Of a stretch of 64,000 bases of DNA, positions 41,721-51,718 are shown one piece after another. Under the pieces are notes generated by a model that saw only the letters and a list, made by a program, of their open reading frames with translations, did no database searches and had not been told where the DNA came from. The position numbers were made by a program, and so were the translations under genes. The stretch is from Bacteroidales bacterium (lineage in GTDB: Bacteria; Bacteroidota; Bacteroidia; Bacteroidales; UBA932): the NCBI GenBank assembly GCA_017961015.1, contig JAGCYC010000033.1, positions 661-64,660 on the forward strand, given 5' to 3'. Position 1 is the first letter of the stretch, and the number at the start of each line of letters is the position of its first letter.

Positions 41721-42172
41721 AAACTGTTCTTTCCGCGGTGAGTTGGCCGCGCTATAAGTTGAATGTCAATTTCTTCTACAGTATATCCGCGGAAACGGCG
41801 GCGTTTGAGGTGACTCGCTACAAGGGCGCTCAGCTCTTCGTCGGCTATATCCTTGAAGATATGGTTCTCGCGGTCGTACAGGTGTATGTGGCGGTCGGTG
41901 TCCACGTCAAAGAACATCTTGTTCGCCGCCGACAGCCGCCGTCCGTAGATGTGGAGGTCGGCCAGCTGGGAAAGGATGTTGTACACCGATGAAGTGGTGA
42001 CGCCTGAATCCTTCTCCTTTAGGGCTGCGCACACGGTATCGGCCGATGCGTGGCCGAGTTCCATCATCACCTCGTGGACGGCTATCCGCTGACGCGTAGC
42101 CCTGAGCTTGTGGTGACGGAGCTCTTTCAGGAATTCATCCATACTGTGGACGTGTTCAGTCGTTTGCGGCAT
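41717..42172 (-). CDS. Fur family transcriptional regulator (PerR/Irr-like, no CxxC)
   Basis: LRATRQRIAV, HASAD, SVYNIL, FD.....HIH. Alternative start at ATG 42142. Confidence 0.88.
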   Translation of the reverse strand: MPQTTEHVHSMDEFLKELRHHKLRATRQRIAVHEVMMELGHASADTVCAALKEKDSGVTTSSVYNILSQLADLHIYGRRLSAANKMFFDVDTDRHIHLYDRENHIFKDIADEELSALVASHLKRRRFRGYTVEEIDIQLIARPTHRGKNSL

Positions 42173-43814
42173 CGCTCAATACTCTTTTTGCGTTGGCAAG
42201 GGCCTCGGGTGTAATGCTGGAACCGGAAAGCATCCGGGCTATCTCGCGGAGCCTCTGATCCGGCTGCAGCAGCGAGATGGATGTGACGTCGTCGGACTTG
42301 CTCACAAGGTAGTGGGCCTGACCCTTTGCAGCCACCTGGGGGAGGTGGGTGATGGCAAATACCTGCATATCCCGGCCCATACGGCATATCAGCGAGCCCA
42401 TCTTGTCGGCGGCCGATCCGGAAACCCCGCTGTCAATCTCGTCGAAGAGCAGGGTGGGCATAGCGGTATAACGGGCCATCATAGCCTTGAGGCTGAGCAT
42501 AAGGCGGGAAAGCTCGCCGCCGGATGCGGCCTTGGAAACGCTCTGAAGGTTCTTCCCGGTCGATGAGAACATAAATTCCACCGCATCGCTTCCGTTGGCT
42601 CCCGCGGAGACTGGCGTAAGCTGTACGCAGAAAACAGCGTGCTCCAATTCCAGTTCGCGGAGCTGTTTCTGCACCGTATCGGAGAAACTTTCCAAAGCGG
42701 CAGCGCGCTTGTCGTGCAGTTCCTTGCAAAGGGCAGAATGCTGTTTGAGGGCTTCTTGCTGGGCTTTTTCAAGTGCGCGGAGCTGTTCGGGGGCATCGGC
42801 CTCGGCTTCCAGAAGGACGCCAAGGCGGTCCCTTTCGGCAATCAGCTCCTCTACGGTGGAGGCTCCGTGCCTTTGCATAAGGGTATATAGCAGCGACAGC
42901 CTTTCCTGCACCCATTCCAGCCTTTCGGGAGACACTTCCACGGAGGACTCAGCGCTCTCCAGCTCGGCTGCAATGTCTTCCAGTTCCAGACGGGCCGATT
43001 CCAGCCTGCCCGCGAGCCCCTCCAGTTTGGGAAGGAAGGCGGCCGATTTCTCCGTCTGCCTCTGAACTTCCCTCAGACTGCGGGTAAGGGAAACGGCTTC
43101 TCCCGGAGGGTCGAAGGGCAGCAGGGCTGCCTGCAGGGCCTCTTTTATCTGATCGGCGTGTTCCAGCTGCTTGAGTTCGCCTTCCAGCTGCTCCAGTTCT
43201 CCTGAGATGAGCTTCGCGGCATCCAGACGCTCGAAGGCGGCCTGGTTGAACTCGGCCTCACGGCGGGCTTGCTCGCGCTGGGACTTGAACTGCTCGAGGG
43301 CGGAAGTGGCCTCCTGGAGTTTCCGCCAGGCCCGGGCGCATTCGCGCCTGAGGTCCATCGCTCCGCTGTAAAGGTCCAGCAGCTGCATACGGAAGCTTTC
43401 CGAGGCAAGCTGAAGGCTCTGGTGCTGGGAGTGAATGTCCACCAACATCGAGCCCAGCTCCTGAAGCTGAGCCACCGCTACCGGTTCGTCGTTCACGAAA
43501 CAGCGGGAGCGCCCGCTGCGAGACAGGGTGCGGCGCAGTTCCAGGACAGGTTCGCAGGGAAGGTCGTTTTCCTTCAGGAAGGCCTGCAGGGCCTCGTTAC
43601 CGGCGGTGTCGAAGCAGGCTTCCACCACGCAACTGTCCCCGTGGGGGCCTATCGCGGAATTATCGGCCTTGGCTCCGAGCACAAGGGAAAGGGCTCCGAG
43701 GAGTATGGATTTGCCGGCCCCGGTCTCTCCGCTAATAATGACGAGACCCTCCGGGAAACTAACATCCAGAGAGTCTATCAGTATATAGTTGGAGATGGTA
43801 AGGCCGCGCAGCAT
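42156..43814 (-). CDS. recN: DNA repair protein RecN
   Basis: GETGAGKS, IHSQH, coiled coil, ASGGELSR, FDEIDSGVSG, ITHLPQVA. Confidence 0.97.
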   Translation of the reverse strand: MLRGLTISNYILIDSLDVSFPEGLVIISGETGAGKSILLGALSLVLGAKADNSAIGPHGDSCVVEACFDTAGNEALQAFLKENDLPCEPVLELRRTLSRSGRSRCFVNDEPVAVAQLQELGSMLVDIHSQHQSLQLASESFRMQLLDLYSGAMDLRRECARAWRKLQEATSALEQFKSQREQARREAEFNQAAFERLDAAKLISGELEQLEGELKQLEHADQIKEALQAALLPFDPPGEAVSLTRSLREVQRQTEKSAAFLPKLEGLAGRLESARLELEDIAAELESAESSVEVSPERLEWVQERLSLLYTLMQRHGASTVEELIAERDRLGVLLEAEADAPEQLRALEKAQQEALKQHSALCKELHDKRAAALESFSDTVQKQLRELELEHAVFCVQLTPVSAGANGSDAVEFMFSSTGKNLQSVSKAASGGELSRLMLSLKAMMARYTAMPTLLFDEIDSGVSGSAADKMGSLICRMGRDMQVFAITHLPQVAAKGQAHYLVSKSDDVTSISLLQPDQRLREIARMLSGSSITPEALANAKRVLSDAAND

Positions 43815-43816
43815 CG

Positions 43817-44158
43817 CTACTTCTGGGCGTTGATGTCAATGGGGTTGGCGCTGTCGGCCTTGCGGTAGAACAGGTCGCCGTTCTCGAATTCGGTGATTGC
43901 AACCAGCGCGGGCTTGGGTTTCTTCTCGTAGAAACGGGAGATCTCGATCTGCTCCTTGTTCTCGAAAACCTCTTCCATAGTATCGCGGTCGTTGCGGAAG
44001 TCTTCCAGCTTCTTGTTAAGCTCTTTCTTTTCGGCCTGGGCAATTACATTGGCCCTCTTGGCCAGGATAACCACCGACTCGTAAATGTTTCCGGTAGGGG
44101 CGGCGATGTCCTTGATGTCACGTGTGACAGTGTTGTTGGGTGTCTTTTTCTTATCCAT
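43817..44158 (-). CDS. rpoZ: RNA polymerase omega subunit (Bacteroidota type)
   Basis: TGNIYESVVILAKRAN...EEVFENKEQIEISRFYE.KPKP..A..E; follows bamD. Confidence 0.9.
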   Translation of the reverse strand: MDKKKTPNNTVTRDIKDIAAPTGNIYESVVILAKRANVIAQAEKKELNKKLEDFRNDRDTMEEVFENKEQIEISRFYEKKPKPALVAITEFENGDLFYRKADSANPIDINAQK

Positions 44159-44207
44159 AATAAATACTGTATTCTATATAGTTTACCGGGGCTGCAGCGG
44201 GGGAGTT

Positions 44208-45008
44208 TCAAAAATTTTGCACACTCTGGACCTTGCGGTAAAGTCCGTCCAGCTCGCTGCGGTATTTGGACTCCGGATACTCGCCGATGAAATTGAGATA
44301 GTCGTCCTGGAAAGTAAGGTAACGCTCTTTCTGCTTGGCCTTTACGCTAAGTCTGGCATAATGGTAAGACGACATCGCGGTATAGTAGAGCACATCCTCG
44401 CGGTAGTGGTTTTCGGAATTGTTCTTGAGAACATTGCGCAGTTTGACGTGGGCTGCCAGGTAGTCCTCCATCCGGTAGTACTGCTTTCCGGCCTCGAAAT
44501 CCTTGCGGTCCAGGCGGTCCTGGAGATCCTCCTTCATAAGCCGGCAGGCCTCCAGATGGGCAGCATCGCCGGGATGCTCCCTTTCATATTCCATAATGCT
44601 CGCGAGGCACGCGCGCGTGGGATTCTGGTCCAGCTCCCAGCGGTAGGTAGCCCTGTAGAGGCAGTCCAGGCGGTAGAACTGGGCGTCGGGTGCGAAGGGG
44701 CTGAGGGGGAAACGCTTCACAAAACCGGCAAAATTGCTTTCGGCGGTGTAGAAGTCCTTGTTCCTGTAGTTCGAAAGGCCCCAGTAGTACTGTACGGTAT
44801 CGTCCCTCTCGGTGCCGTTGGTAAGGACGGAGAGCGACTCGAAGAGCTGGGCGGCGCGGGAGAATTTCTTGTTCTGGAAATACTCCATAGCTGCGGCGTA
44901 TTTGGCGTCGGCGTCGTTCGAGGCCAGCAGGACCTCGTACTGGGACTTGCAGGAACTTACGGCCACGAGGACCAGCGCTGCGGCAATTGCTGTGTGAATG
45001 AATCTCAT
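44208..45008 (-). CDS. bamD: Outer membrane protein assembly factor BamD
   Basis: Lipobox VSSC; TPR pattern (KYAAA..YF, FP.SP.A, LDQ..T, YPESKY); bamD-rpoZ synteny. Confidence 0.92.
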   Translation of the reverse strand: MRFIHTAIAAALVLVAVSSCKSQYEVLLASNDADAKYAAAMEYFQNKKFSRAAQLFESLSVLTNGTERDDTVQYYWGLSNYRNKDFYTAESNFAGFVKRFPLSPFAPDAQFYRLDCLYRATYRWELDQNPTRACLASIMEYEREHPGDAAHLEACRLMKEDLQDRLDRKDFEAGKQYYRMEDYLAAHVKLRNVLKNNSENHYREDVLYYTAMSSYHYARLSVKAKQKERYLTFQDDYLNFIGEYPESKYRSELDGLYRKVQSVQNF

Positions 45009-45009
45009 C

Positions 45010-45933
45010 TTAGTTCTCGATTAGGAAGCGTTCGGCGTCGCGGGCGGCCATACAGCCCGAAGCGGCTGCGGTTATGGCCTGGCGGTAGCGCGGATCCTGT
45101 ACGTCTCCGGCTGCAAATACTCCGGGGACGCTTGTGCAGGCACTCTTGGCCTTGGTTACGATATAGCCGTTCTCGTCGGTTTCCAGCCAAGGGGCGAAGA
45201 GCTCCGAAGCGGGAGTATGGCCGATGGCAAGGAAGAAACCGTCGATGTCTATGTCGAAGACCGTACCGTCCTTCCGGAGAAGGCGGGCACCGGTGACGCC
45301 GAAACCGTCGCCCAGGACCTCCTGGGTGTTGCAGTTCCACAGGATCTCGATATTGTCCTTGGCGAAGACCTTTTCCTGCATTATCCTGGATGCGCGGAAA
45401 ACGTCGCGCCTCACTATCATATAAACCTTTTTGGCAAGGGTGGCAAGGTACAGGGCCTCTTCGCAGGCGGTGTCGCCTCCGCCCACAACGGCAACCGTGC
45501 GCTTGCGGAAGAAAAAGCCGTCGCAGGTGGCGCAGGCCGATACCCCCGAGCCCTTGTACTTCTGCTCGGATTCCAGGCCAAGGTATCTGGCCGATGCTCC
45601 CGTGGCTATGATTACGGTATCGGCCTCGATCTCGGTGTCCCCGTCAATGGTGAGGCGGAAGGGGCGCTGCCCCAGGTCCACGGCCGAAACGCTGCCCTGA
45701 CGGACATCGGCCCCGAAACTGCGGGCCTGCTCGCGCATCGCATCCATCAGATTATTGGCATCGACTCCGCCGGGGAAGCCGGGAAAATTCTCTATTACTG
45801 TTGTTGTGGTGAGCTGGCCACCGGGCTGTATGCCCTCGTAAAGGACAGGGGAGAGGTTTGCCCTGGAGGCGTAGATGGCTGCCGTAAAACCGGCAGGGCC
45901 GCCGCCCAGTATCACACATTTGATCCGTTCCAT
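45010..45933 (-). CDS. trxB: Thioredoxin-disulfide reductase
   Basis: GGGPAG, GGQL, CATCDG, GGGDTA, FAAGD, RQAITAA. Confidence 0.97.
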   Translation of the reverse strand: MERIKCVILGGGPAGFTAAIYASRANLSPVLYEGIQPGGQLTTTTVIENFPGFPGGVDANNLMDAMREQARSFGADVRQGSVSAVDLGQRPFRLTIDGDTEIEADTVIIATGASARYLGLESEQKYKGSGVSACATCDGFFFRKRTVAVVGGGDTACEEALYLATLAKKVYMIVRRDVFRASRIMQEKVFAKDNIEILWNCNTQEVLGDGFGVTGARLLRKDGTVFDIDIDGFFLAIGHTPASELFAPWLETDENGYIVTKAKSACTSVPGVFAAGDVQDPRYRQAITAAASGCMAARDAERFLIEN

Positions 45934-45937
45934 ATAC

Positions 45938-47578
45938 TTATTGTAAAACTGTAGAGTAGTCTTTTTTGAAGATAACCTTCCTCACGGCCATATTCTGGAA
46001 ATTGCCGTTCGCATCCGAGACAAAGCGCAAGTCGGTCTGAAGGCCGCTGTAGCGTCCCCTTTCCAGAAGAGCGGTCCAGGCATTTCCCCAGCGGCTCACG
46101 GACTGGATGAAGAAACAGGCGGTGTCGTAACCGTGGAAGGCAGCCTGGGAGGGCTCGGTGCGGAAAAGCGAGCGGTAGGCCCTCACGAAGCGGTCCACCT
46201 TGTCGGAGGAGTAATCGGCGTGGTAGGAGGTGCAGATATGCAGTTGGGCCTGATGGAAGGCGCTGCCGTCTATGGTGTCGAAGCTGCGGAGCTTGGCCGG
46301 GGCGTACATCACTACGTCCATACCCTTGCCCTGCATTATTCCGAGGTTACGGACCACGTCACCCACGAAAGCCTCGCTTTCGGAAGCAACTATGACCCGG
46401 TTCACGCCGGGGCTTACCATCATTTCCTGGAGTACGGCGGGGATTCCCCGGCCTTCCAGTATGGCGTAGCTGAGTATCTCGTAGGCGACTTCTTCCCTTG
46501 CCAGCGCGCTGCGGAGCATTACCTGGGCGCTTACGTTAGCGGCGCCCTTCTCGGTGACCAGCATAACCTTGTCGCCCTCGCGGCAGTCGGCCTTTATCCA
46601 CGCGGCAAGTTCGTCATACTGGACCTCTCCGGGGGAAGGGACCTGGATGAAGTTCCGGTAGAAGGCGCTCAGCGAAGAGGCCTTTGGATCCAGGGGAGAG
46701 ATGAGGGGAACCCTTCCGTCCACCCTCTGGAGGATGGCCTCGACTTCCCTCGGCACGATGGGACCCAGCACGAAATCTTCCTGGACCAGGGATTCGATGG
46801 GAGGCATTGCCGATGACAGGTCGTGCACGTTCAGCCGTATTTTCAGTCCCGTGGCCTCCTGCTCGCGGACGGCCATCAGGACTCCGGAATAGAAGTCCAT
46901 ATTCAGGTCTCCGCCCTTGGAACCCTGCAGGGGCAGGACCAGGGCAAAGTTCACCCAGTTCCGTCCGCTCCAGACCAGGGTATCCTGCTGGGGGGCGGCA
47001 AGGGTATCGGCGACGGTCTCGGGGGCCTGCTCCTCGGGAGCCGCAATCTCGGGCTCGGGCTCCGATACGGGGCTGTTTCCGAGCGGCTTCACGGGTATGC
47101 GCAGCACCTGACGGGTGCTCACCTTGCGGTTTTTGAGCCCGTTGGCCTCCATAATATCCCTTACGGGTATGTTATAATGCCTGGAAATGTCGTCCAGATC
47201 CTCGTACCAGCGTACTGTATGCTCGATGTATGAGCTGCTGCCGCCTTCCTTGGGAGGCTGCTGTACCACGGTGGCCGGTTCCTGTACGCTGCCCTTGTAG
47301 GGGATGAGCACGATGGCGTTTTTCTGCAGTCCGGTCTCGCGGAGGCCGGGATTGGCGGCATAGATTTCCTCTATCCCCACTCCGTAGGCCCTTGCAAGGG
47401 AGAACAGAGTCTGGCGCTCCAGCACCACGTGTGAAAGGTACACCTTGCCTCCCAGTTTCACCTTTTCCTTGGAAACGGTAACGGGGGTGGCGACATAAGA
47501 CTGGGCGCTGTCCTGGGCCGATGCGCAGAAGCCGGCGGCGAGCAGCAGTGTCAGGGATATGATGAGGATACGTTTCAT
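45938..47578 (-). CDS. LysM peptidoglycan-binding protein with periplasmic-binding (PBP1-like) C-terminal domain
   Basis: Signal peptide, two LysM repeats (HVV...TLFSLARAYGV; HTV....L..ISRHYNI), Pro/Glu linker, ALVLP...DFYSG...GP...GYD. ATG at 47578. Confidence 0.85.
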   Translation of the reverse strand: MKRILIISLTLLLAAGFCASAQDSAQSYVATPVTVSKEKVKLGGKVYLSHVVLERQTLFSLARAYGVGIEEIYAANPGLRETGLQKNAIVLIPYKGSVQEPATVVQQPPKEGGSSSYIEHTVRWYEDLDDISRHYNIPVRDIMEANGLKNRKVSTRQVLRIPVKPLGNSPVSEPEPEIAAPEEQAPETVADTLAAPQQDTLVWSGRNWVNFALVLPLQGSKGGDLNMDFYSGVLMAVREQEATGLKIRLNVHDLSSAMPPIESLVQEDFVLGPIVPREVEAILQRVDGRVPLISPLDPKASSLSAFYRNFIQVPSPGEVQYDELAAWIKADCREGDKVMLVTEKGAANVSAQVMLRSALAREEVAYEILSYAILEGRGIPAVLQEMMVSPGVNRVIVASESEAFVGDVVRNLGIMQGKGMDVVMYAPAKLRSFDTIDGSAFHQAQLHICTSYHADYSSDKVDRFVRAYRSLFRTEPSQAAFHGYDTACFFIQSVSRWGNAWTALLERGRYSGLQTDLRFVSDANGNFQNMAVRKVIFKKDYSTVLQ

Positions 47579-47588
47579 AATCGTGCAA

Positions 47589-48704
47589 TTACAATGTTTG
47601 GGCAAAGGCGGTGAGCCTGGCGCAGAAATTACTCCAGCTCAGGCGTTCCTTTTCCCGGCCGATGGCTTCGCGGCAGCTGCTCTGCAGCTTTTCATCGGCA
47701 AAATAGCGGAGTATCTGGGCTTTCACGGCCTCAGGCTCCGGCGTTGGAGCGACAATTCCCGTGCCACGGCCTTCGGTGCTTTCCCTCAGGCCTCCCACGT
47801 CGGTTACGGCCATCGGCAGGGAAAAATGGTAGGCGATGGCGGCTATACCGCTCTGGGTGGCGCTGCGGTAGGGGAGGACGGCAAGGTCGGAGGCGCAGAA
47901 GTAGTCCTTTACCTCCGAGTCTCCGATGTATTTCAGGAACAGGTGTACGCGATCCTTTCCGGGAAGGCTGTCTATTATGGCCTGATAGGGCTCGAAACTG
48001 CCGTAGGGCTCTCCCGCCACTACCAGCTGATAGTCTTCCGGAAGGGTGCGGAAAGCCTCCAGGAGTATGTCCAGCCCCTTGTACTTTCTTATGAGGCCGA
48101 AGAACAGCAGGGTCTTGAGCGAAGGGTCCAGGCCCAGTTTCCGGCAGGCCTCTTCCTTAGGGACCGGCTCTCCGAAGTGGTCGTAAAGCGGGTGGGGTAT
48201 CACGGTGTGGGGAGCGTCGCTCCGCAGCTGCAGGAGATCCTTCTCCACGCTCTCGGAAAGGCAGATGAAGCCCTTGCAGCCGTTCAGGAAATAGCGGGTG
48301 AGGGGCTTGTCGAAGAAATGCGGTTCGTGCGGGATTACATTGTCCACTATCGCAAGGCAGGGGCAGCCGGCGTTGCGGGCCACATAGCCGAGCGAAGGAC
48401 CGAACCAGCTCATCCAGTAACGTACGATCAGGAGATTGGCGCCCCACTCGCGTATGATGCGGGCGGTGCGCTTCCAGCTCAGGGGATCGAGCGTGTCCAG
48501 AACTGCCCGGGCCTGTACCGGAGCCGCACTGTCGGTGGCATCCACGTACTGCGTCTTTCCGGGGAAGAGGAAGGCGGGATACTGCCTGGAAAAGGAAAGG
48601 GCCAGGGTATCATTGCATTTTCCCAGTTCCGCCAGCAAGCTGGTGTTGAACTGGGAAATGCCGCCCCTCAGGGGGTAGAAACTGGACAGGATGGCTATTT
48701 TCAT
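47589..48704 (-). CDS. Glycosyltransferase family 4 (GT-B)
   Basis: PLRGGI, FFGLIRKYKGLD, LPYRSATQSG, TDVGGL.E. Confidence 0.92.
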   Translation of the reverse strand: MKIAILSSFYPLRGGISQFNTSLLAELGKCNDTLALSFSRQYPAFLFPGKTQYVDATDSAAPVQARAVLDTLDPLSWKRTARIIREWGANLLIVRYWMSWFGPSLGYVARNAGCPCLAIVDNVIPHEPHFFDKPLTRYFLNGCKGFICLSESVEKDLLQLRSDAPHTVIPHPLYDHFGEPVPKEEACRKLGLDPSLKTLLFFGLIRKYKGLDILLEAFRTLPEDYQLVVAGEPYGSFEPYQAIIDSLPGKDRVHLFLKYIGDSEVKDYFCASDLAVLPYRSATQSGIAAIAYHFSLPMAVTDVGGLRESTEGRGTGIVAPTPEPEAVKAQILRYFADEKLQSSCREAIGREKERLSWSNFCARLTAFAQTL

Positions 48705-48715
48705 CCCGTTGCGAT

Positions 48716-49321
48716 TTACTTACTGCTTTCCTTGCTCTTGATATATTCGGCGTTCAGGCCGTCAAGGATGTCCTTGGTAATGTTCAGGCTGGCGTCGCCG
48801 GTCACGACGGGAGCCGAGAGGATGTTGCCGGAAGTGGTGAGGATCATAGCGTAGCCCTTGTCCTCGTTGTAAGCCTTCACGAACTCGGAGATGGCGTCCA
48901 GGATCTGGTTCATCATAACCTGCTGCTCCTCGGCCATTTCCTGCTGCTTGCGGACGGCATACTGCTGGTACTCCTGCTGTTGCTGCTGCAGCTTCTGGTA
49001 CTGGACCTGGGCTACGGAACTGGTGAGCAGGCCCTTGTCCATCTTGTTCTGGAACTCGGAGGCGTCCTTTTCGAGCCTCTTGCCGCGACGGTCTATCTCG
49101 GACTGTATGCCTGTGGCCTTGGTCTCGAATACGGAATTGAGGTCATTGGCCATATCGTAGCCCTTCATTACCTCGTCCAGGTTGAAGTACACGATGCTGC
49201 CTGCGACGGCGGTGCTGTCGGCGGCGCTTTCAGCGGCGTTTTCGTTTACGGAATTCTGCTTGCAGGATACGGCAAACAGTACAAGGGCGGCGGCGCCGCA
49301 GATAAGGATTGCTTTTTTCAT
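48716..49321 (-). CDS. OmpH/Skp family protein (lipoprotein signal)
   Basis: AVSC lipobox; IVYFNLD, Gln-rich coiled coil, GY.MIL, NIT..IL..LN. Confidence 0.88.
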   Translation of the reverse strand: MKKAILICGAAALVLFAVSCKQNSVNENAAESAADSTAVAGSIVYFNLDEVMKGYDMANDLNSVFETKATGIQSEIDRRGKRLEKDASEFQNKMDKGLLTSSVAQVQYQKLQQQQQEYQQYAVRKQQEMAEEQQVMMNQILDAISEFVKAYNEDKGYAMILTTSGNILSAPVVTGDASLNITKDILDGLNAEYIKSKESSK

Positions 49322-49353
49322 TATACTGATATTGTTATTATCTCTAAAACGTG

Positions 49354-49361
49354 CAAAGTTA
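49354..49361 (-). promoter_or_regulatory. -7 box (TAACTTTG) for the ompH...nigD operon
   Basis: TAnnTTTG 32 nt upstream of the ATG at 49321. Confidence 0.6.
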
Positions 49362-49362
49362 G

Positions 49363-50082
49363 TTATTTTTTGGCAATTTCCCCAAGATAGGACCGGATAC
49401 TTTCCTCCAATCCCAGGTAAAGGGCATCACAGATAAGCGCGTGGCCGATTGACACCTCGTCGGTCCAGGGAATGTTATGTACAAACCAGGCCAGGTTCTC
49501 AAGGGAAAGGTCGTGCCCGGCATTGAGCCCCAGGCCGCAGTCCCTGGCAGCCTTGGCAGCCTCCAGATAGGGGCCGATGGCAGCGTCCCTGTCTTTGGGA
49601 TAAAGTTCGGCGTAGCCGGCGGTGTACAGCTCTACCCTCTGCGCTCCGCACAGGGCGGCGCCTTCGGCCATCCTCGGATCCGGGTCGATGAAGATGGACG
49701 TACGTATGCCCTTCTCCCGGAATGCGGCGCAGACTTCAGTCAGGAAACCCCTGTTGGCTACGGTGTCCCAGCCGGCGTTGGAGGTTATGGCGTCCGCTGC
49801 ATCGGGAACGAGGGTGACCTGGTCGGGAAGGACTTCGTTCACAAGGCCGATGAAGGAAGGGATGGGATTGCCTTCGATATTGAATTCGGTGCTTATAAGC
49901 GGCCTGATCGCGCGCACGTCGCTGTAGCGGATGTGCCTTTCGTCCGGACGGGGATGGACGGTTATGCCCTGGGCTCCGAAGCTTTCGCAGTCGAGAGCGG
50001 CTTTCACCACGTCCGGCATATTGCCGCCCCTTGCATTGCGGAGAGTGGCGATTTTATTGATATTGACGCTTAATCTAGTCAT
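49363..50082 (-). CDS. pdxJ: Pyridoxine 5'-phosphate synthase
   Basis: [48 protein letters not shown] at 50082. Confidence 0.96.
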   Translation of the reverse strand: MTRLSVNINKIATLRNARGGNMPDVVKAALDCESFGAQGITVHPRPDERHIRYSDVRAIRPLISTEFNIEGNPIPSFIGLVNEVLPDQVTLVPDAADAITSNAGWDTVANRGFLTEVCAAFREKGIRTSIFIDPDPRMAEGAALCGAQRVELYTAGYAELYPKDRDAAIGPYLEAAKAARDCGLGLNAGHDLSLENLAWFVHNIPWTDEVSIGHALICDALYLGLEESIRSYLGEIAKK

Positions 50083-50102
50083 AATTGGTCGGTTTATCAG
50101 GA

Positions 50103-50139
50103 CAAAAATAGCAAATTTCTCCAAAATGTGTTAATTTTG
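50103..50139. promoter_or_regulatory. Divergent -7 boxes: TATTTTTG (minus, 50103-50110, pdxJ) and TAATTTTG (plus, 50132-50139, nadK)
   Basis: Two TAnnTTTG matches in the AT-rich divergent spacer. Confidence 0.55.
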
Positions 50140-50164
50140 GCGTTTGATTTGTCAATTACCGAAG

Positions 50165-50992
50165 ATGAAAATAGCATATTTCATTCTCAACGAAGAAATC
50201 CGGCAGGACGAGCGGCTCGCCTCCCTGGTGAACGACCTCCGCTCGGCCACCTTCGAAGTATATGAGATTTCCGCCAAGAGCGAAGTCCGTCCGGAGACGG
50301 ACCTGCTGCTGTCGATGGGCGGTGACGGCACCTTCCTTGCCGCCGCGCACCTGGTGGCCGATATCGGCCTGCCCATCCTCGGGGTTAACTTCGGACGCAT
50401 CGGCTTCCTTTGCGAAAACAGGCCTGAAGACGTGCGCAAGGCCCTTCTGGAAGGGGCTTTCTCCATCGAGTACAGGACGGTGCTGAACGCTACGCTCAAG
50501 GGTCCCGAAGCCCGCAAGACCATCGGAATGCTGCCTTATTCCGTGAATGAAGTCTCGCTTCACAGGGCCGGTTCCTCGGTGCTGGGAATAAATGTAATGA
50601 TAAACGGGGACCCTCTCCCCACCTATTGGGCCGACGGCCTTATCGTGGCCACCTCCTCCGGCTCCACCGCCTATTCCCTTAGCGTGGGAGGCCCCATCTG
50701 TATGCCGGATACCAAGGTCCTTATCATAGCCCCCATTGCTCCGCACAACCTTAACGTGCGCCCCATAGTGGTGCCCGAAACGGCCAAGATAGACATCAGT
50801 TTCATCTCCCGTGACGGCAAGGCCCTTATGTCCACCGACAACCGGACGGAAGAAATCCTTCCGGACTGGACTGTTCACGTAGAGATGGCACAGTTTTCGC
50901 TTAAACGTGTCCGGCTCGCCCAGGCCGGTTTCGTGAAGGCACTTACCTCGCGCCTGTTCTGGGGAGAAGACATCAGGAACAATGGACAGTAA
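50165..50992 (+). CDS. nadK: NAD kinase
   Basis: GGDGTFL, GVNFGRIGFL, NE, DGLIVATSSGSTAYSLSVGGP. ATG at 50165. Confidence 0.95.
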   Translation: MKIAYFILNEEIRQDERLASLVNDLRSATFEVYEISAKSEVRPETDLLLSMGGDGTFLAAAHLVADIGLPILGVNFGRIGFLCENRPEDVRKALLEGAFSIEYRTVLNATLKGPEARKTIGMLPYSVNEVSLHRAGSSVLGINVMINGDPLPTYWADGLIVATSSGSTAYSLSVGGPICMPDTKVLIIAPIAPHNLNVRPIVVPETAKIDISFISRDGKALMSTDNRTEEILPDWTVHVEMAQFSLKRVRLAQAGFVKALTSRLFWGEDIRNNGQ

Positions 50993-51686
50993 GCTTTTAC
51001 CGCAGCACGTTTCCATAATAATGGACGGGAATGGCCGATGGGCCAAGGCCCGTGGCAAGGAGCGCATCCAGGGGCATATCGAAGGCGTGAACAGCGTCCG
51101 TGCCTGTGTGGAGGCGGCAGCACGCGCCGGAGTGCGCTGGCTCTCGCTCTATGCCTTCTCGGAGGAGAACTGGAACCGTCCCGCAGCAGAGGTCCAGGCC
51201 CTTATGAAACTGATGGTCCAGGCCTTGAACAACGAGATTGACAATCTGGTCAAAAACGGCATCCGGCTAAGGGTACTGGGCAATCTGGAACGTCTTGGAC
51301 CGGAACTTCAGTCCCTCATAGAATCAATGTCCGCGAAGACTGAGGGCGGCGAACGTATGACCCTTGTAATCTTCCTGAGCTACAGCGGCCGCTGGGATAT
51401 ACTCCAGGCCGTAAAGCGGGCTTCATCAGAGCTCTCCGCGCAGCAGCTTGAAGCCTTGGATCAGGACGGTTTCTCCCGTTTCCTCGTAACTTCCGGCATC
51501 CCCGATCCGGACCTTCTCATACGCACTTCAGGCGAGCAGCGCATATCCAATTATCTGCTCTGGCAGTGCGCGTATACCGAGTTTTATTATACCGATACAC
51601 TCTGGCCCGATTTCCGTGAGCCGCAGCTGCTCGAGGCCCTCGAGGCCTATGCGGGGCGCGACCGCCGATATGGGAAAGTGAAATAA
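50982..51686 (+). CDS. uppS: Undecaprenyl diphosphate synthase (isoprenyl transferase)
   Basis: HVSIIMDGNGRWA, YAFSEENWNRP, DLLIRTSGEQRISNYLLWQ, RRYG. Confidence 0.96.
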   Translation: MDSKLLPQHVSIIMDGNGRWAKARGKERIQGHIEGVNSVRACVEAAARAGVRWLSLYAFSEENWNRPAAEVQALMKLMVQALNNEIDNLVKNGIRLRVLGNLERLGPELQSLIESMSAKTEGGERMTLVIFLSYSGRWDILQAVKRASSELSAQQLEALDQDGFSRFLVTSGIPDPDLLIRTSGEQRISNYLLWQCAYTEFYYTDTLWPDFREPQLLEALEAYAGRDRRYGKVK

Positions 51687-51692
51687 AATGTG

Positions 51693-51700
51693 TATCTTTG
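51693..51700 (+). promoter_or_regulatory. -7 box (TATCTTTG) for bamA
   Basis: TAnnTTTG 18 nt before the ATG at 51719. Confidence 0.6.
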
Positions 51701-51718
51701 CAAGATAAGTTTTTTCGA

